Shown here piece after piece: positions 1-11,859 of a DNA stretch of 43,609 nt. The DNA is from Chiloscyllium plagiosum (Eukaryota): assembly GCF_004010195.1 (NCBI RefSeq), contig NC_057719.1:90200909-90244517 (forward strand), given 5' to 3'. The number at the start of each line of letters is the position of its first letter. The stretch's first letter is position 1. The notes below the pieces were generated by a model. The model was not told where the DNA came from. It did not search any database and saw only the letters and a program-made list of their open reading frames with translations. The position numbers and the translations under genes are program-made.

Positions 1-525
1 ATCTCCCATGACATCACTCCAATCTCCCATGACATCACTCCAATCTCCCATGACATCACTCCAATCTCCCCTGACATCACTCCAATCTCTCCTGACATCA
101 CTCCAATCTCCTTAACATCACTCCAATCTCCCATGACATCACTGCAATCTCCCTGACATCTCTTCAATCTCTCCTTAACATCACTCCAATCTCCCATGAC
201 ATCACTGCAATCTCCCTGACATTACTCCAATCTCCCTGACATCACTCCAATCTCCCCGACATCACTCCAATCTCCCATGACATCACTCTAATCTCCCATG
301 ACATCACTCTAATCTCCCATGACATCACTCCAATCTCCCTAACATCACTGCAATCTCCCATGACATCACTCCAATCTCCCATGACATCACTCCAATCTCC
401 CATGACATCACTCCAATCTCCCTGACATCACTCCAATATCTTCTGACATCACTCCCACCTCCCTGACATCACTCCCACCTCCCTGACATCACTCCAAACT
501 CCCATGACATCACTCCAATCTCCCA
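1..525. repeat. Minisatellite, 20-21 bp unit (CATCACTCCAATCTCCC[A]TGA), runs off the window start
   Basis: About 25 tandem copies visible directly, with minor variants. Confidence 0.95.
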
Positions 526-529
526 GTAC

Positions 530-950
530 CTACCTTTCTTCCTCACTCTTGGTATTTGATGTTTCCCCCAGGATTGTCCAGAGGGTTTGAGAGATTTCCG
601 GGAGGAGCAGTGTTCTGCCTTTGATGGAACAGATTTCCAGGGGAAGCGATACAAATGGCTGCCATATTACGGAGGTACGTGGCTCTCGAGAAGCAAGTCT
701 ACCAAAAGTAAATAGTAAAATATGCTCAAACACTGCCTGGATTGACCTATACCTCTTAACCTGGCCACGTACTCTCTCCATCATCAATCATTTTCACCGT
801 GTTGTTCGTATGTTGTTGACAACCTGGGTTGCAACAGGGAGAAAGGGGATGGAAACCTTTGAGAAGCTGAAAGCACTGGCTGGGGGTGGATTTGTATCAA
901 AATCAGCACTGGGGGTAAACAACCCGAATAGTTGTCAAAACCTCGAGTGG
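530..950 (-). mobile_element. Possible degenerate L1-like ORF2 C-terminal fragment
   Basis: Minus-strand translation ...VIWQPFVSLPLEICSIKGRT... loosely resembles fish L1 ORF2 C-termini; weak, by eye only. Confidence 0.25.
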
Positions 951-1067
951 TTCGTGACCTAATAGATTATCTGAAAGGGGCAGCTCAGGTGTAGAGCTGT
1001 GATCGGAGGGACAGTCTGGATTCGCTGAATAGCCCTGTTGGGCAGACGGATCCGTCTGGGAATGAAT

Positions 1068-1116
1068 TGATGATGGTGATGGTGATGGTGATGGTGATGG
1101 TGATGGTGATGATGAT
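1068..1116. repeat. (GATGGT)n/(GAT)n microsatellite just upstream of a splice acceptor
   Basis: Direct reading; it produces the spurious poly-His, ITIT and SPSP ORFs. Confidence 0.95.
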
Positions 1117-1131
1117 TCCATCTTCCCACAG

Positions 1132-1262
1132 CTGCCAATAAGTGTGAGCTGAACTGCATCCCCCAGGGTGAAAACTTTTATTACCGACACAAGGAGGCGG
1201 TGAAGGACGGGACGCTATGTGAACCAGGAAGTCGTAACATCTGTGTTGACGGTGTCTGTAAG
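1132..1262 (+). CDS. PAPLN: Papilin exon, ADAMTS cysteine-rich region (ANKCELNCIPQGENFYYRHKEAVKDGTLCEPGSRNICVDGVCK)
   Basis: cag acceptor, AAG|gtaagt donor, phase 1 to 0; peptide closely matches papilin NKCELNCIPKGENFYY...DGTPCEPG...CVDG. Confidence 0.95.
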
Positions 1263-2471
1263 GTAAGTTCACTCATCACTAGCCCGCAGCTTGACCCTAC
1301 AAACTAGTATTAACTCCCCTGTGGACAGGGAGTGAGTGGCTCAGCCTTTGGGAACCACCATATACCTGGAATCATTCGGAGACGTTGCACAAATCCTGTC
1401 CAGAACAGTCATGGGAAGAGGCAACATCCCTCATTTATTTCCTGCCCACACTCTTTCACCAACCAAATCAAAGCCCCATCCCCACCTGGGATCCAGCCAT
1501 TCTTGGACACCTTGGACTACTATTCATGAAGTAGCCCAGAAACACAACCACTCACTCCTTCCCTGGAGAAGTGAAAATCTCCATCAAAATTGCCTGTCTG
1601 GTCAGTGGGATTGAGGCATGTGTCAGGGGCTCTGGCTGTGTAAGTGGAGAGTTAGCTGATCCAGCAATTTAAAAACAGGATCTTGCTGATCCATATTTGA
1701 CACCCGAGGCTGCACTGTCACAGCCAACAGGGGAAGGTGGTGGCACGTCGACATACCCTGGCTGCTTGCTTCATTATTCTGCCTTTACTTTACACCCACC
1801 TTCTGTTTTGGAACATTTTGATCAAATTCACGGCCCAAATCGTTGTTCCTGCAGTCAAACTGAACGGTGAGTGTCCGTGTGTGCCAACGCTGTCAGCTTT
1901 TGCCCATTGCTAAATTCAGTTTGATGGCATTCCACACGCACTCGATTTTGTCTGTGGGAAATCCAACTCCATCTGCATGCTCGCTTGGATAGCAACATTT
2001 AGCAGCAATGAGGGAAGAGGAACATTCCCAACCAAGAAACAAAGTTACCTGTGCAGTGAAGAACTGGGCAGTGTGAATTACAATAAGGCAGGAAGCCTGT
2101 TACAGAAGGTAGGGTTTGAGGGACTGAATGAATGCTCAATTCAGGCTTTGCTCAGTTCCAAACTCCCACTGATCTGCAGAGGGATCTGTAGGATCCTACA
2201 CTGATCTGTAGGATCTGCAGCTTGTTCTCACTCAGCGAGTGCCCCAGGATGATGTATCCTCCTGTAATAGGCACGGACCTTGATAACTCTGATACACCTA
2301 CTCTGCTAAATGGCCCTGGCTATCAGTGCCCACTTGCTGACCCACACTCTTGTAATCTGAGATACCGTTAGCACAAATAAAATGGTGCAACCGTACCAGC
2401 TCTGGATTGGCAGCTTCATCCGGCTCCGAGCAATCTGGTAACTTTCCTTTTCCTTTGACTCCCTTTCATAG

Positions 2472-2595
2472 ACGGTCGGTTGTGACAATATGCTGGAGTC
2501 ATCACAAGTTGAAGACAAATGCCTGCAATGTGGGGGAGATGGCAGCAGCTGCTACGCAGTCAGGGGGACGTTTACTGCTGCCGACTTGCCTATAG
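2472..2595 (+). CDS. PAPLN: Papilin exon, end of Cys-rich region ([41 protein letters not shown])
   Basis: tag acceptor, G|gtacag donor, phase 0 to 1; ADAMTS VGCD...[11 protein letters not shown] motif. Confidence 0.95.
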
Positions 2596-2700
2596 GTACA
2601 GAACGAAACGTTCCCATTGTTACCTCCGTGGTCAGCTTTCACTGTGGATGTGAATGTTGGAAGTTTGATCCATCATCAAACATCCTGTCCTTGTTTACAG

Positions 2701-2781
2701 GTTACAACCAGATCCACGTCATTCCCATTGGGACTACAAGTATTCATATCCAAGAAGCAGTGCCCACAAGGAACTTCCTCG
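2701..2781 (+). CDS. PAPLN: Papilin exon, start of ADAMTS spacer ([27 protein letters not shown])
   Basis: tttacag acceptor, G|gtaaat donor, phase 1 to 1; spacer motif GY..I..IP.G...I.I.E. Confidence 0.93.
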
Positions 2782-2845
2782 GTAAATACCTTGCTCTCTT
2801 CCTTCGTTTGTGTTTTAAAATCACCAGTTCCACTCGATCTATCTC

Positions 2846-4212
2846 CCTGGGTGAGTGGGGATTACTGGGCCCAGTTCCCCCTTGGTCTGTCTCTGGGTGA
2901 GTGGGGATTACTGGGACCAGTTACCCCTTTGGTCTGTCTCTGGGTGAGTGTAGATTACTGGGACCCGTTCCACCTTGGTCTATCTCTGGGTGAGTGGGGA
3001 TTACTGGGACCAGTTCCCCCTTGGTCTGTCTCTGAGTGAGTGGGGATTACTGGGACCAGTTCCACTCGATCTATCTCATTGGGTGAGTGGGGATTAGTGG
3101 GAACAGATCCCCCTTGATCTGTCTCTGGGTGAGTGTAGATTACTGTGACCCGTTCCCTCTTGGTCTGTCTCTGGGTGAGTGAGGATTACTGGGAACAGAA
3201 CCCCCTTGGTCTGTCTCGGGGTGAGTGGGGATTACTGGGACCAGTTCCCCCTTGGTCTGTCTCTGGGTGAGTGGGCATTACTGGGACCCGTTCCCCCTTG
3301 GTCTGTCTCTGTGTGAGTGGGGATTACTGGGACCAGTCCCCCCTTGGTCTGTCTCTGGTGGGGTGATTACTGGGGCCAATTACCCCTTGGTCTGTTTCTC
3401 TGGGGGAGTGGGGATTATTGGGACCAGTTCCCCCTTGGTCTGTCTCTGGGTGAGTGGGGATTACTGGGAACAGATCCCCCTTGGTCCATCTGGGTGAGTG
3501 GAGATTACTGGGACCAGTTCCCCCTTGGTCTGTCTCTGGTGGGGTGATTACTGGGACCCGTTCCCCCTTGGTCTGTCTCTGGGTGAGTGAGGATTACTGG
3601 GAACAGATCCCCCTTGGTCTGTCTCTGGGTGAGTGGGCATTACTGGGATCTGTTCCCCCTTAGTCTGTCTCTGTGTGAGTGGGGATTATTGGGACCAGTT
3701 CCCCCTTGGATGTCTCTGGTGGGGTGATTACTTGGGCCAGTTACCCCTTGGTCTGTTTCTCTGGGTGAGTGGGGATTATTGGGACCAGTTCACCCTTGGT
3801 CTGTCTCTGGGTGAGTGGGGATTACTGGGATCAGTTCCCCCTTGGTCGGTCTCTGGGTGAGTGGGGATTACTGGGACCAGTTCCCCCTTGGTCTGTCTCT
3901 GGGTGAGTGGGGATTACTGGGACCAGTTCCCCCTTGGTCGGTCTCTAAGTGAGTGGGGATTACTGGGACCCGTTCCCCCTTGGTCTGTCTCTGGGTGAGT
4001 GGGGATTACTGGGACCAGTTCCCCCTTGGTCTGTCTCTGGGTGAGTGGGGATTACTGGGACCCGTTCCCCTTTGGTCTGTCTCTGGGTGAGTGGGGATTA
4101 CTGGGATCTGTTCCCCCTTGGTCTGTCTCGGGGTGAGTGGAGATTACTGGGACCCGTTCCCCCTTGGTCTGTCTCTGGGTGAGTGGGGATTACTGGGACC
4201 AGTTCCCCCTTT
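2846..4212. repeat. 46-bp minisatellite (CTGGGTGAGTGGGGATTACTGGGACCAGTTCCCCCTTGGTCTGTCT), about 30 copies
   Basis: Period of 46 measured, e.g. copies at 3853 and 3899; head-to-tail with no unique spacers. Confidence 0.97.
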
Positions 4213-4814
4213 GTCTGTCTCTCTCTTGCTCTCACTCTCATGCCCTTTTTCTCTCTGGGTGAGTGAGGATTTGTCAAGTTGCACCCTGACCAGTTGAACG
4301 TTGCTTCGTGTTGTCAATCGCTGCATAATGAAGGGAGACCCTGTGCTTGTTAAACATCTCTCTCAGTTTATAACAGCTGTCTGGAATAAAGCAGCTGGAA
4401 TGGAGCAGTGCTGGCGATTTCCTGCTCTGCATTGACACCATGTCCTCGTATCCATTGCTGTTTCTGCAGAGATTAGGTTCTCAATATCACCCGATTAATT
4501 GCTGCCCAGACAGAGCATTGCACACATTCTGTCAACATCTGAACGTAACCCTGTTTTCCTGTTTGTTGCTCAGTGATCAAATGACAGTATGCAGGAATAG
4601 AGCCAGTGTGTGTGTGTACTTTATCAATGTTGTATCAGAAGCAGGCACGCTGGGGTGTTCTGCAGCTGTACTGGCTTCCTCATGCACTGCAGTGGTTCAA
4701 GAAAGCAGCTCACTCCCAAGACAATTACTCATGGGCAATAAATGAGTGAATTAATAAAAGCAGTATTGTCTCTTTGAGAAACAGCCTCTCTGTTCCTGGA
4801 CACTGAGCAAATCT

Positions 4815-5075
4815 TAGAGACGTAGAAAATAGGAGCAGAAATAAGCCATTCAGCCCTTCAAACCTGCTACTCCATTCATTAAGATCATGGCTGATTCAAC
4901 TCAGTACTCTGTCCCTACTCTCTCTCTACATACCCTTTGATTCCTTCAGCCCCAAGAACTAGATCTAACTCCTTGGCCTTGACTGTTTTCTGTGATAGTG
5001 AATGCCACAGGCTCACCACTCTCTGAGTGGAGACATTTCTCCTCATCTCAGTCCCAGATGGCCTACTCTATATCC
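4815..5075 (-). mobile_element. CR1-type LINE 3' end fragment
   Basis: Typical CR1 3' UTR (aggagcaga...gccattcagccc...) followed by caccactctctgagtg...tttctcctcatctcagt, shared with other copies in the window. Confidence 0.75.
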
Positions 5076-5229
5076 ATAATTAAGGACTGGAATATTAAAA
5101 GGGTTTAACATCTTAATCCTCTCTCTCCTTAACTCTCTAACAGAACCTCAAACCAAGTCACCAACCTCTCCTTTGACCATGTCAAAGTCCCACTACGAAC
5201 AAACTGTATCTACTCATTGTAAACGATTA

Positions 5230-5499
5230 TTAGATTAGATTTCCCAGGCCCTTTGGCCCAACCAGACCACACTGACCCTCTGAAGAGTAACCCACACAGA
5301 TCCACCTCCCTCCGACTAATGCACCTAACACTATGGGCAATTTACCTAACCTGCATACCTTTGGTCTGTGGGAGGAAACCCACGCAGACGCGGGGACAAT
5401 GTGCAAACTCCACACAGACGGTCACCCAAAGCTGGAATCAAACCTGGGACCCTGGTGCTGTGAGGCAGCAGTGCCAACCACTGAGCCACCGTGCCACCC
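5230..5499 (-). mobile_element. HE1-like tRNA-derived SINE (V-SINE), partly deleted
   Basis: Reverse complement gives GGTGGCACGGTGGCTCAGTGGTT (A-box), GGTTTGATTCC (B-box-like) and a (TCTAA)n tail. Confidence 0.9.
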
Positions 5500-6538
5500 A
5501 AATTGTGCCACAGAATTGTGGCTTTACTTTTATGAAATTCAACTGACTTAGAGCTTCATTCCCATTCTACATGTCAATGTTCGTATTTTTTCTGCTTGAA
5601 TGCAGGACTAACCTTTACCTTCACCATTTCTCTTTGATTTGCTAACCCATGTAATAACATACGTCTAATGGAGTCTTATCAGACCTTTTCCCAGAATTGA
5701 CCACTGACCTCTTGAGTCAACATGGTTCCAACCTTTTAAATGTAAAATACCTTCAATGTTGCTGATTAGTTCCTCAATGATATGATCCCATTTTCCCCCG
5801 CCTCGATCAGTATCTGAACAGGAAAGGTTGGAATCCTCTCTGATGTCATGCACAATTTACACCCATCAAAACAAAACACAGACTGCGGATTTATTTTATT
5901 GACCTTAGGGGTCTTCTATGCACAATCTGGCTGCTGCATTTCCCACATCACACCAGCAGTAACACATCAAAATGGGTTTATGCTTGTTTTCAGGTTGTGT
6001 GCAAGCATGAGGGTTTTATCTGTGCACATAATGGGGACAGTGGGCTGAGCTGTCAGTGACCGGGGCTATGGTGGAATGGGTGACGGAACTGACTGGGGAA
6101 CATCTCACTCCATCCTTTCTGCTTTCCATGAAGTGGCACATCGAGATTCTCAGCAGGCAGATGCCACTTCACGGGAATTAATGTTTCTTAAATGCCTCGT
6201 TAACTCTACAATTTGCCTTATTTTTATCAAATATTTTTCTCAGTGTTCTTACCAAATTCCAGTGCCCTCAACTTGCTGCTTGTTCTGAGGCTCCTCCGGC
6301 TTTCAACAGTGAGTGCAGTACTTACAGCAAGGTCCCCGGGTACCAGAAGCACCAAACTGTCAGCAATAGCCAGTGGTATCCACCGCCTACCTCTGCCAAA
6401 ACCATCATACAGCACCTCGCTGCTGAGGCACTGCCCTGCAGCACCGAGAAGGCTACAACAGGGAGACTATGTACGCGCGCATGTACAAGGGGCACAACTC
6501 ACAGAAACGCACCAGGCTGCTTTCCTCCCCCCCGCCCA

Positions 6539-6852
6539 AGATTAGATTCCCTACAGTGTGGAAACAGGCCCTTCAGCCCAACAAGCCCACACCGACCCTC
6601 CGAAGAGTAACTCACCCAGACCCATTTCCCTCTGACTAATGCACCTAACACTACAGGCAATTTTAGCATGGTCAATTCACCTGACCTGCACATCTTCGGA
6701 TTGTGGGAGGAAACCGGAGCACCCGGAGGAAACCCACGCAGACACTGGGAGAATGTGCAAACTCCACACAGACAGTCACCCTAAGGCTGGAATTGTCCCT
6801 GGGACCCTGGTGCTGAGGCAGCAGTGCTAACCACTGAGCCACCGTGCCACCC
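6539..6852 (-). mobile_element. HE1-like SINE, near full length
   Basis: tRNA-like head, central GTGTGGAGTTTGCACATTCTCCC domain, CR1-derived tail ending AATCTAATCT. Confidence 0.93.
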
Positions 6853-8384
6853 AAGTTCTCTCTCTCCCAGGGCTACTCACTCAGTTTGTGTCTATACTCC
6901 CAATAGCCCAACCCAGCCCTTCCCAGCTCAGCATTCCCCTTGTCCAGCCCTTCCTGGCTCAGCCTTGTACTGCCCAGCCCTGTCCAGCACAGCCTTGCTA
7001 GTCCCCACCCTGCTCTCCCCATTACAATGTTGGCTCTTCAGCTGGAGCTGGCACCAGTACTGTTCCTATTGAAGGGATAAGGACAGTGGTGGGGGGAGGA
7101 GGGGGGCAACCTGAAGGTGTATGGGGAAATGTGGAACAGTTTCAGAGGGAATAGACCGGGGGGAGGAAGGATGGGCTGTTGGGATAAGAGGGGGCATGAA
7201 GGCCCAGTGTTGGTGGTGGGGATGGGAATGTTGGCTGGTGGAGGGTGTACCTTGGTGAACCCCATTGCTCATAGTATCCACTGTGGCCATGTGCGCTGCC
7301 ATTGCGTGTTGTCCTTGAGCAAGTGAATTGGAGCTGGGGAAACAGCTAGAGCAGTGCCAAGGATGAGCTGACTCAGCGTCACTTCAGTGTGGGAGAAAGC
7401 ATGGGAATCCCTGTCTGCAGGCCACTGGGACGTTAGAGGGGCAAGACCAGATAAGCTTCTGTTGACAACGTTGACACACCCCTACCTAAACTCTGAATGT
7501 GTCCAGTGCGATTGTGGTGGCGTCAGATTTTAGTTAAAGGCAGTTTGCTTCAGGTTATTGGTGATTGTAAGTTGAAGCTCGGCACCTTGGTAACGTGGAA
7601 CTTACCAGCAGTGATGGTCCAACAGGCCAGTGCTGGGAGTTAAACTTCAGGCTCCTGGTGTAGGGTCCAATTCCTGTCAGAGACATGAGAGTGCTGTGAG
7701 CGGTTATGTGTTTGTGGGGGTGTGGGTAGGGTTCGGAGGGTTATGACGTACTGATGTGGAGTGGAGGGGGTTGGTGGTGGTCACTCAGTCAGTGAGGTCT
7801 CTTCACCAAGTGACTTCACACACACACTGTGAGCTGGATGGTAAATATTCAGCGAAGGCGGTTTCCTATTCTCCGCATCCGAAATCTCTCTCTCATTCCT
7901 GTTCCCAATCGAGACCCTTTTCCGTGCGGACCCTGCTGCTCTTGGTCACTATGGCCACCTTCTGGAGTGGGACCAGGTATAGCAAGTGGACCCCATGCAT
8001 CAGGGCCTGGGATCAGGACCAGTGTCTGGGAGCAGGAGCTGCCTGTGGGGGACCAGGATCACCCAGCTCAGAGGCAGCTCACAGATCCTTAGGAGTTGTG
8101 CAGCCCGCAGGAGGAACACCGTTCCCGTGTCCCACGTTACTTTCTGGGGAATAGTAAGGAGCAGTGTTGAATTGGGCTTTGTATATTCTCTCAGGACACT
8201 GGGATGAACTGTGTCAGATCCTGGAGTGGGAGACCATGCTGTGCTAGTGGCTGGAAAGGTGACAGCTGACGTCTCTGACTCACTCCTTCCAGGCAGGAGA
8301 TCTGTGTGTGATCTCTCAGCCGCGTAGCCCCACAAATACATCAGGGCAATGACTGATACCGTCTGTACGAGGTCACTCCAGGTC

Positions 8385-9810
8385 ACCAGCGACAAGGACT
8401 TCCAGAAGGCGTTTCGACAAGGCCCCTCACAAAAGGTTATGTCATAAGGTATTTTGGCAAGGATAGAGAGTTGGCTTATGGGCAGGAAACAGCTAATGGG
8501 GATAAGGGATTCTTTTTCAGGTTGGCGATTTGTAACCAGTGGGCTTTCCCAGAGGTCAATGCTGGGACCACAACTGTTCACAATATGTATTAATGACTTG
8601 GAGGAAGGAAATGAATGCAGTGTAGCCATATATGCAGCCAACACAAAGATAGGTGGAAAAGCAGGTTTCGAGAGGGATACAAACAGTTTACACTGGTAGG
8701 TTAGGAAAATGGGTTAAAAATGAGCAAATGGGGCATGATGTGGGAAAATGTGAAGTTGTCCATTTGGAAGGGTGCACAAAAGAACAGAGTAATATTTAAT
8801 AGTAGTAGGGTGGCACGGTGGCACAGTGGCACTGCTGCCTCACAGCATCAGGTCCCAGGTTCGATTCCAACCTTGGGTGACTGTCTGTGTGGAGTTTGCA
8901 GATTCTCCCTGTGTCTGTGTGGGTTTCCTCTGGTTTCCTCCCACAGTCCAAAAATGTGCAGGTCAGGGTGAATTGGCCATGCTGAATTGCCCATAGTGTT
9001 AGGTGCTTCAGTCAGAGGGAAATGGGTCTGGCTGGGTTGCTCTTCGGAGGGTCAGTGTGGACTTGTTGGGCCGAAGGGCCTGTTTCCACACTGTAGGTAA
9101 TCTAATCTAATCATTTATGTGGAGGAAAGCTGCAATGCAAGGGGACTTGGGGTGGTCTTGTGCATGAAATACAGAAAGCTAGCACACAGAGGCAGCCGGG
9201 AATCAAGAAAGCTAATGGAATGAAAAAGCCTTTAGTTCAAGGAGTACAAGAGTAGGGTAGTCTTTCTGCAACTGTACGAGGTACTGATGAGACCACATCT
9301 GGAGTACTGTGAGCAGTTTTATCTCCGAATTTAAGGAAAGGCATCATTTGATTGGAGGCAGTTCAGAGAAAGTTCGCTCAGCGATTCCTGGTGTGGAGGT
9401 AATGTCTTATGAGCAAATGTTAAACAGGTTCCCAACTCTACTCATTGGAGTTTAGAAGAATGAAAGTCATCTTCTTGAAACATATCAGATTCTTAAGAGG
9501 CTTGACGGGGTAAATGCTGAGAGGATGTTTACCCCGATGAGAGAATCTGGGACCAGAGGGCATAGTCTCAGAATAAAGAGGCACCAATTTAATCCTGAGT
9601 TTGGAGGAATTTCTTTTCTCTGAGGGTTTCGGGTCCTTGCCACAGAGAACTGTCGGGACAGAGTCCTTGAGTATATTTAAGGCTGAGGTAGACAGATTCC
9701 TGATCAGGTGGGGAATCAAGGGTTACAGGGAAAATGGAGGAAAGTGGGCATGAGGAATGGTGGTGGAGACTTGAGGGGTCAAATGATCTACTCCTGTGGT
9801 CTTATAGTCA
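8385..9810 (+). mobile_element. Degenerate CR1 LINE (RT domain to 3' UTR), interrupted by a SINE
   Basis: RT motifs DFQKAFDK-like, GPQLFTICINDL, degenerate (F/Y)ADDTK and RPHLEYC, with frameshifts. Confidence 0.9.
8808..9112 (+). mobile_element. HE1-like SINE nested in the CR1 LINE
   Basis: GGGTGGCACGGTGGCACAGTGG head, GGTTCGATTCC B-box, TAATCTAATCTAATC tail; LINE sequence resumes on both sides. Confidence 0.92.
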
Positions 9811-10149
9811 CTCCATTAATGCCTAAGTGAGCTGTGAGCCTACTCCCTGGCAGCTGCCATGACTCCTAATCCTGGAGCACTCGTGTACTTGGTGTGTTTG
9901 AGGGTCCTGATCATTACAAAGCTGGTTACTGGGGAGCAAGGGTTATCCACTGTGCCCATGACTGATGATCGCATTGTACAGGCCCCTGTCTGATGTCGAG
10001 CAAGGATAAAAGGCTGCTCACACATGGACCTGAGGCGTGGTGAAGCAGACCATAGGGCTGCTGAGGATGTCACCCCTCTGCTCACACTGATCCAGGAGGG
10101 TGGGGTGGGTAACCCTTTAGTAAGCTGTGAACAGTGCGTCCTACCAGAC

Positions 10150-10690
10150 TGCTGTGCTGTATGCCTTGCACTCTATGCTCTGTGCCCTGTTCTCTGTGCT
10201 GTGCCCTGTGCCCTGTTCTCTGTGCTGTGCTGTATGCCCTGCACTCTATGCTGTGTGCCCTATTCTCTGTGCCGTGCTGTGTGCCCTGCACTCTAAGCCC
10301 TGTGCCCTGGTCTCTGTGATGTGCTCTGTGCTCTGCATTCCATGCCCTGTGCCCTGTTCTCTGTGCTGTGCCCTATGCCCTGTTCTCTGTGCTGTGCTCT
10401 GTACCCTGTTCCCTGTACTGCGCTCTATGCCCTGCACTTTATGCTCTGTGACCTGTTCTCTGTTCTGTGTTCTATGCCCTGCACTCTATGCTGTGTGCCC
10501 TGTTCCCTGTGCTGTGTGCCCTGTTCTCTGTGCTGTGCTGTATGCCCTGCACTCGATGCTGTGTGCCCTGTGCTCTATGCTGTGTGCCCTGTTCTCTGTG
10601 CCCTGTTTTTTGTGCTGTGCTCTGTGCCCTGTTCTCTGTGCTGTGTGCCCTGTGCTGTGCCCTGTTCTCTGATCCCCGTGCTGTGCCTTT
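10150..10690. repeat. Degenerate low-complexity repeat built from TGTGC/CCTG/TTCTC units
   Basis: Direct reading; it produces the Cys/Leu/Ala-rich spurious ORFs. Confidence 0.9.
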
Positions 10691-11413
10691 TGCACTATTG
10701 GATAGGGAATAAAGTGCTTGGGAGCAGTGGAGGGGGAGGAGGAGGACGTTGAAAGCAGAGGATGCTCCCCTTAAGCTCAGTCGTGTCTGGTGCTACAAAG
10801 TCTACAGCTCCTGACTGCCCCCTAGGTCCAGCCGATGGGACCTGCATGCAGCTGCCAATGATGGACTGCTCCATTGCATGGCAATGATTACTAAATCTGC
10901 TTGGCTTTGTGGAAAGCTCCATTGACTTTGTGTGTGTTCCCTTTTGGCTGTCAGTAAATAACAGCTCCTGTTTAATTCTGCATTTCTCTGATTGTATGTC
11001 TGTGTGTTGCTCCAGTGGATAATGATGGGATGTGGATCTAGTGGGCATTGGGCACAAGGGAGCTGTACCTTGGGAGCTAGCGAGAGGAATATGGCGAGAC
11101 CTGCTGGTTAAACAATGACACAGTGAGTTTGGTCAGATAAGTGAGAAAGTACTCTGGGCTTGGCAGAGACAAAAGCAAGATTCAGCCCAACACCTTTCCA
11201 TGTTTGAGGAGTGAGGTTACATTTGGGATCAGAGCTCAGGATTCCTCTTGTGCCTGTCTCTGCCAGGGTCCAGTTTACACTTTAACTTTTCAGATCGAGA
11301 GTCATTTCCAAACTGTACCCATTTATCTCATCCCAGTCAGCACGAGTTCACTGCTTTGCTTGTTGCCATCACCGGTTTTTAATGTGGTCTTCGTTTGTGC
11401 TGACGTTTTGCAG

Positions 11414-11586
11414 CAATCAAGAATGTGAGAGGCGAATACTACCTGAACGGTCATTGGACGATCGACTACAGCCGGGCCCTGTACATCGCCAACACGGTCA
11501 TCCACTATGAGAGGGGAACAGAGGGGGACCTGGCCTCAGAGGTCATCCATGGCCGGGGACCCACATCGGAACCCTTGATACTGGAG
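11414..11586 (+). CDS. PAPLN: Papilin exon, spacer (AIKNVRGEYYLNGHWTIDYSRALYIANTVIHYERGTEGDLASEVIHGRGPTSEPLILE)
   Basis: ttttgcag acceptor, GAG|gttagt donor, phase 1 to 0; papilin-like KNVRGEYYLNGHWTI and GPTSEPL. Confidence 0.96.
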
Positions 11587-11624
11587 GTTAGTGCAAACTC
11601 AAGTCATATCACACTTTCTGTGCA

Positions 11625-11835
11625 TGTGTATGTGTGTGTGTGTGGGGATGTATGTCAGAGAGAGAGAGATGTCACTCAGTGTGTGTGTGTATCAGAGAGA
11701 AAGAGATGTCACTCGGTGTGTGTGTGTCAGAGAGAGAGAGATGTCACTCGTGGTGTGTGTGTGTATGTGCGTGTGTGTGGGTGTGTGGGTCAGAGAGGGA
11801 GAGATGTCTCTCTCTCTGACACACACACACACCCC
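11625..11835. repeat. Compound (TG)n/(GA)n microsatellite with a recurring GATGTCACTC spacer
   Basis: Direct reading, about 4 higher-order units. Confidence 0.85.
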
Positions 11836-11859
11836 GAATGACACACACCCCAAGTCAGG

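Noticed and set aside
903..1272. Poly-His, SPSP and ITIT ORFs on the minus strand
   Set aside because: These are translations of the (GATGGT)n microsatellite and the antisense of a real exon.
2846..4212. CRISPR-like array of hairpin-forming repeats
   Set aside because: Units are head-to-tail with no unique spacers, there are no cas genes, and the context is a vertebrate intron.
7756..8644. 132-aa and 214-aa ORFs as novel genes
   Set aside because: No recognisable domain; the longer one is partly the antisense of a decayed CR1 RT region.
10024..10752. Cys-rich ORFs resembling keratin-associated or metallothionein proteins
   Set aside because: Open in several frames because the low-complexity TGTGC repeat lacks stops; no splice or domain support.
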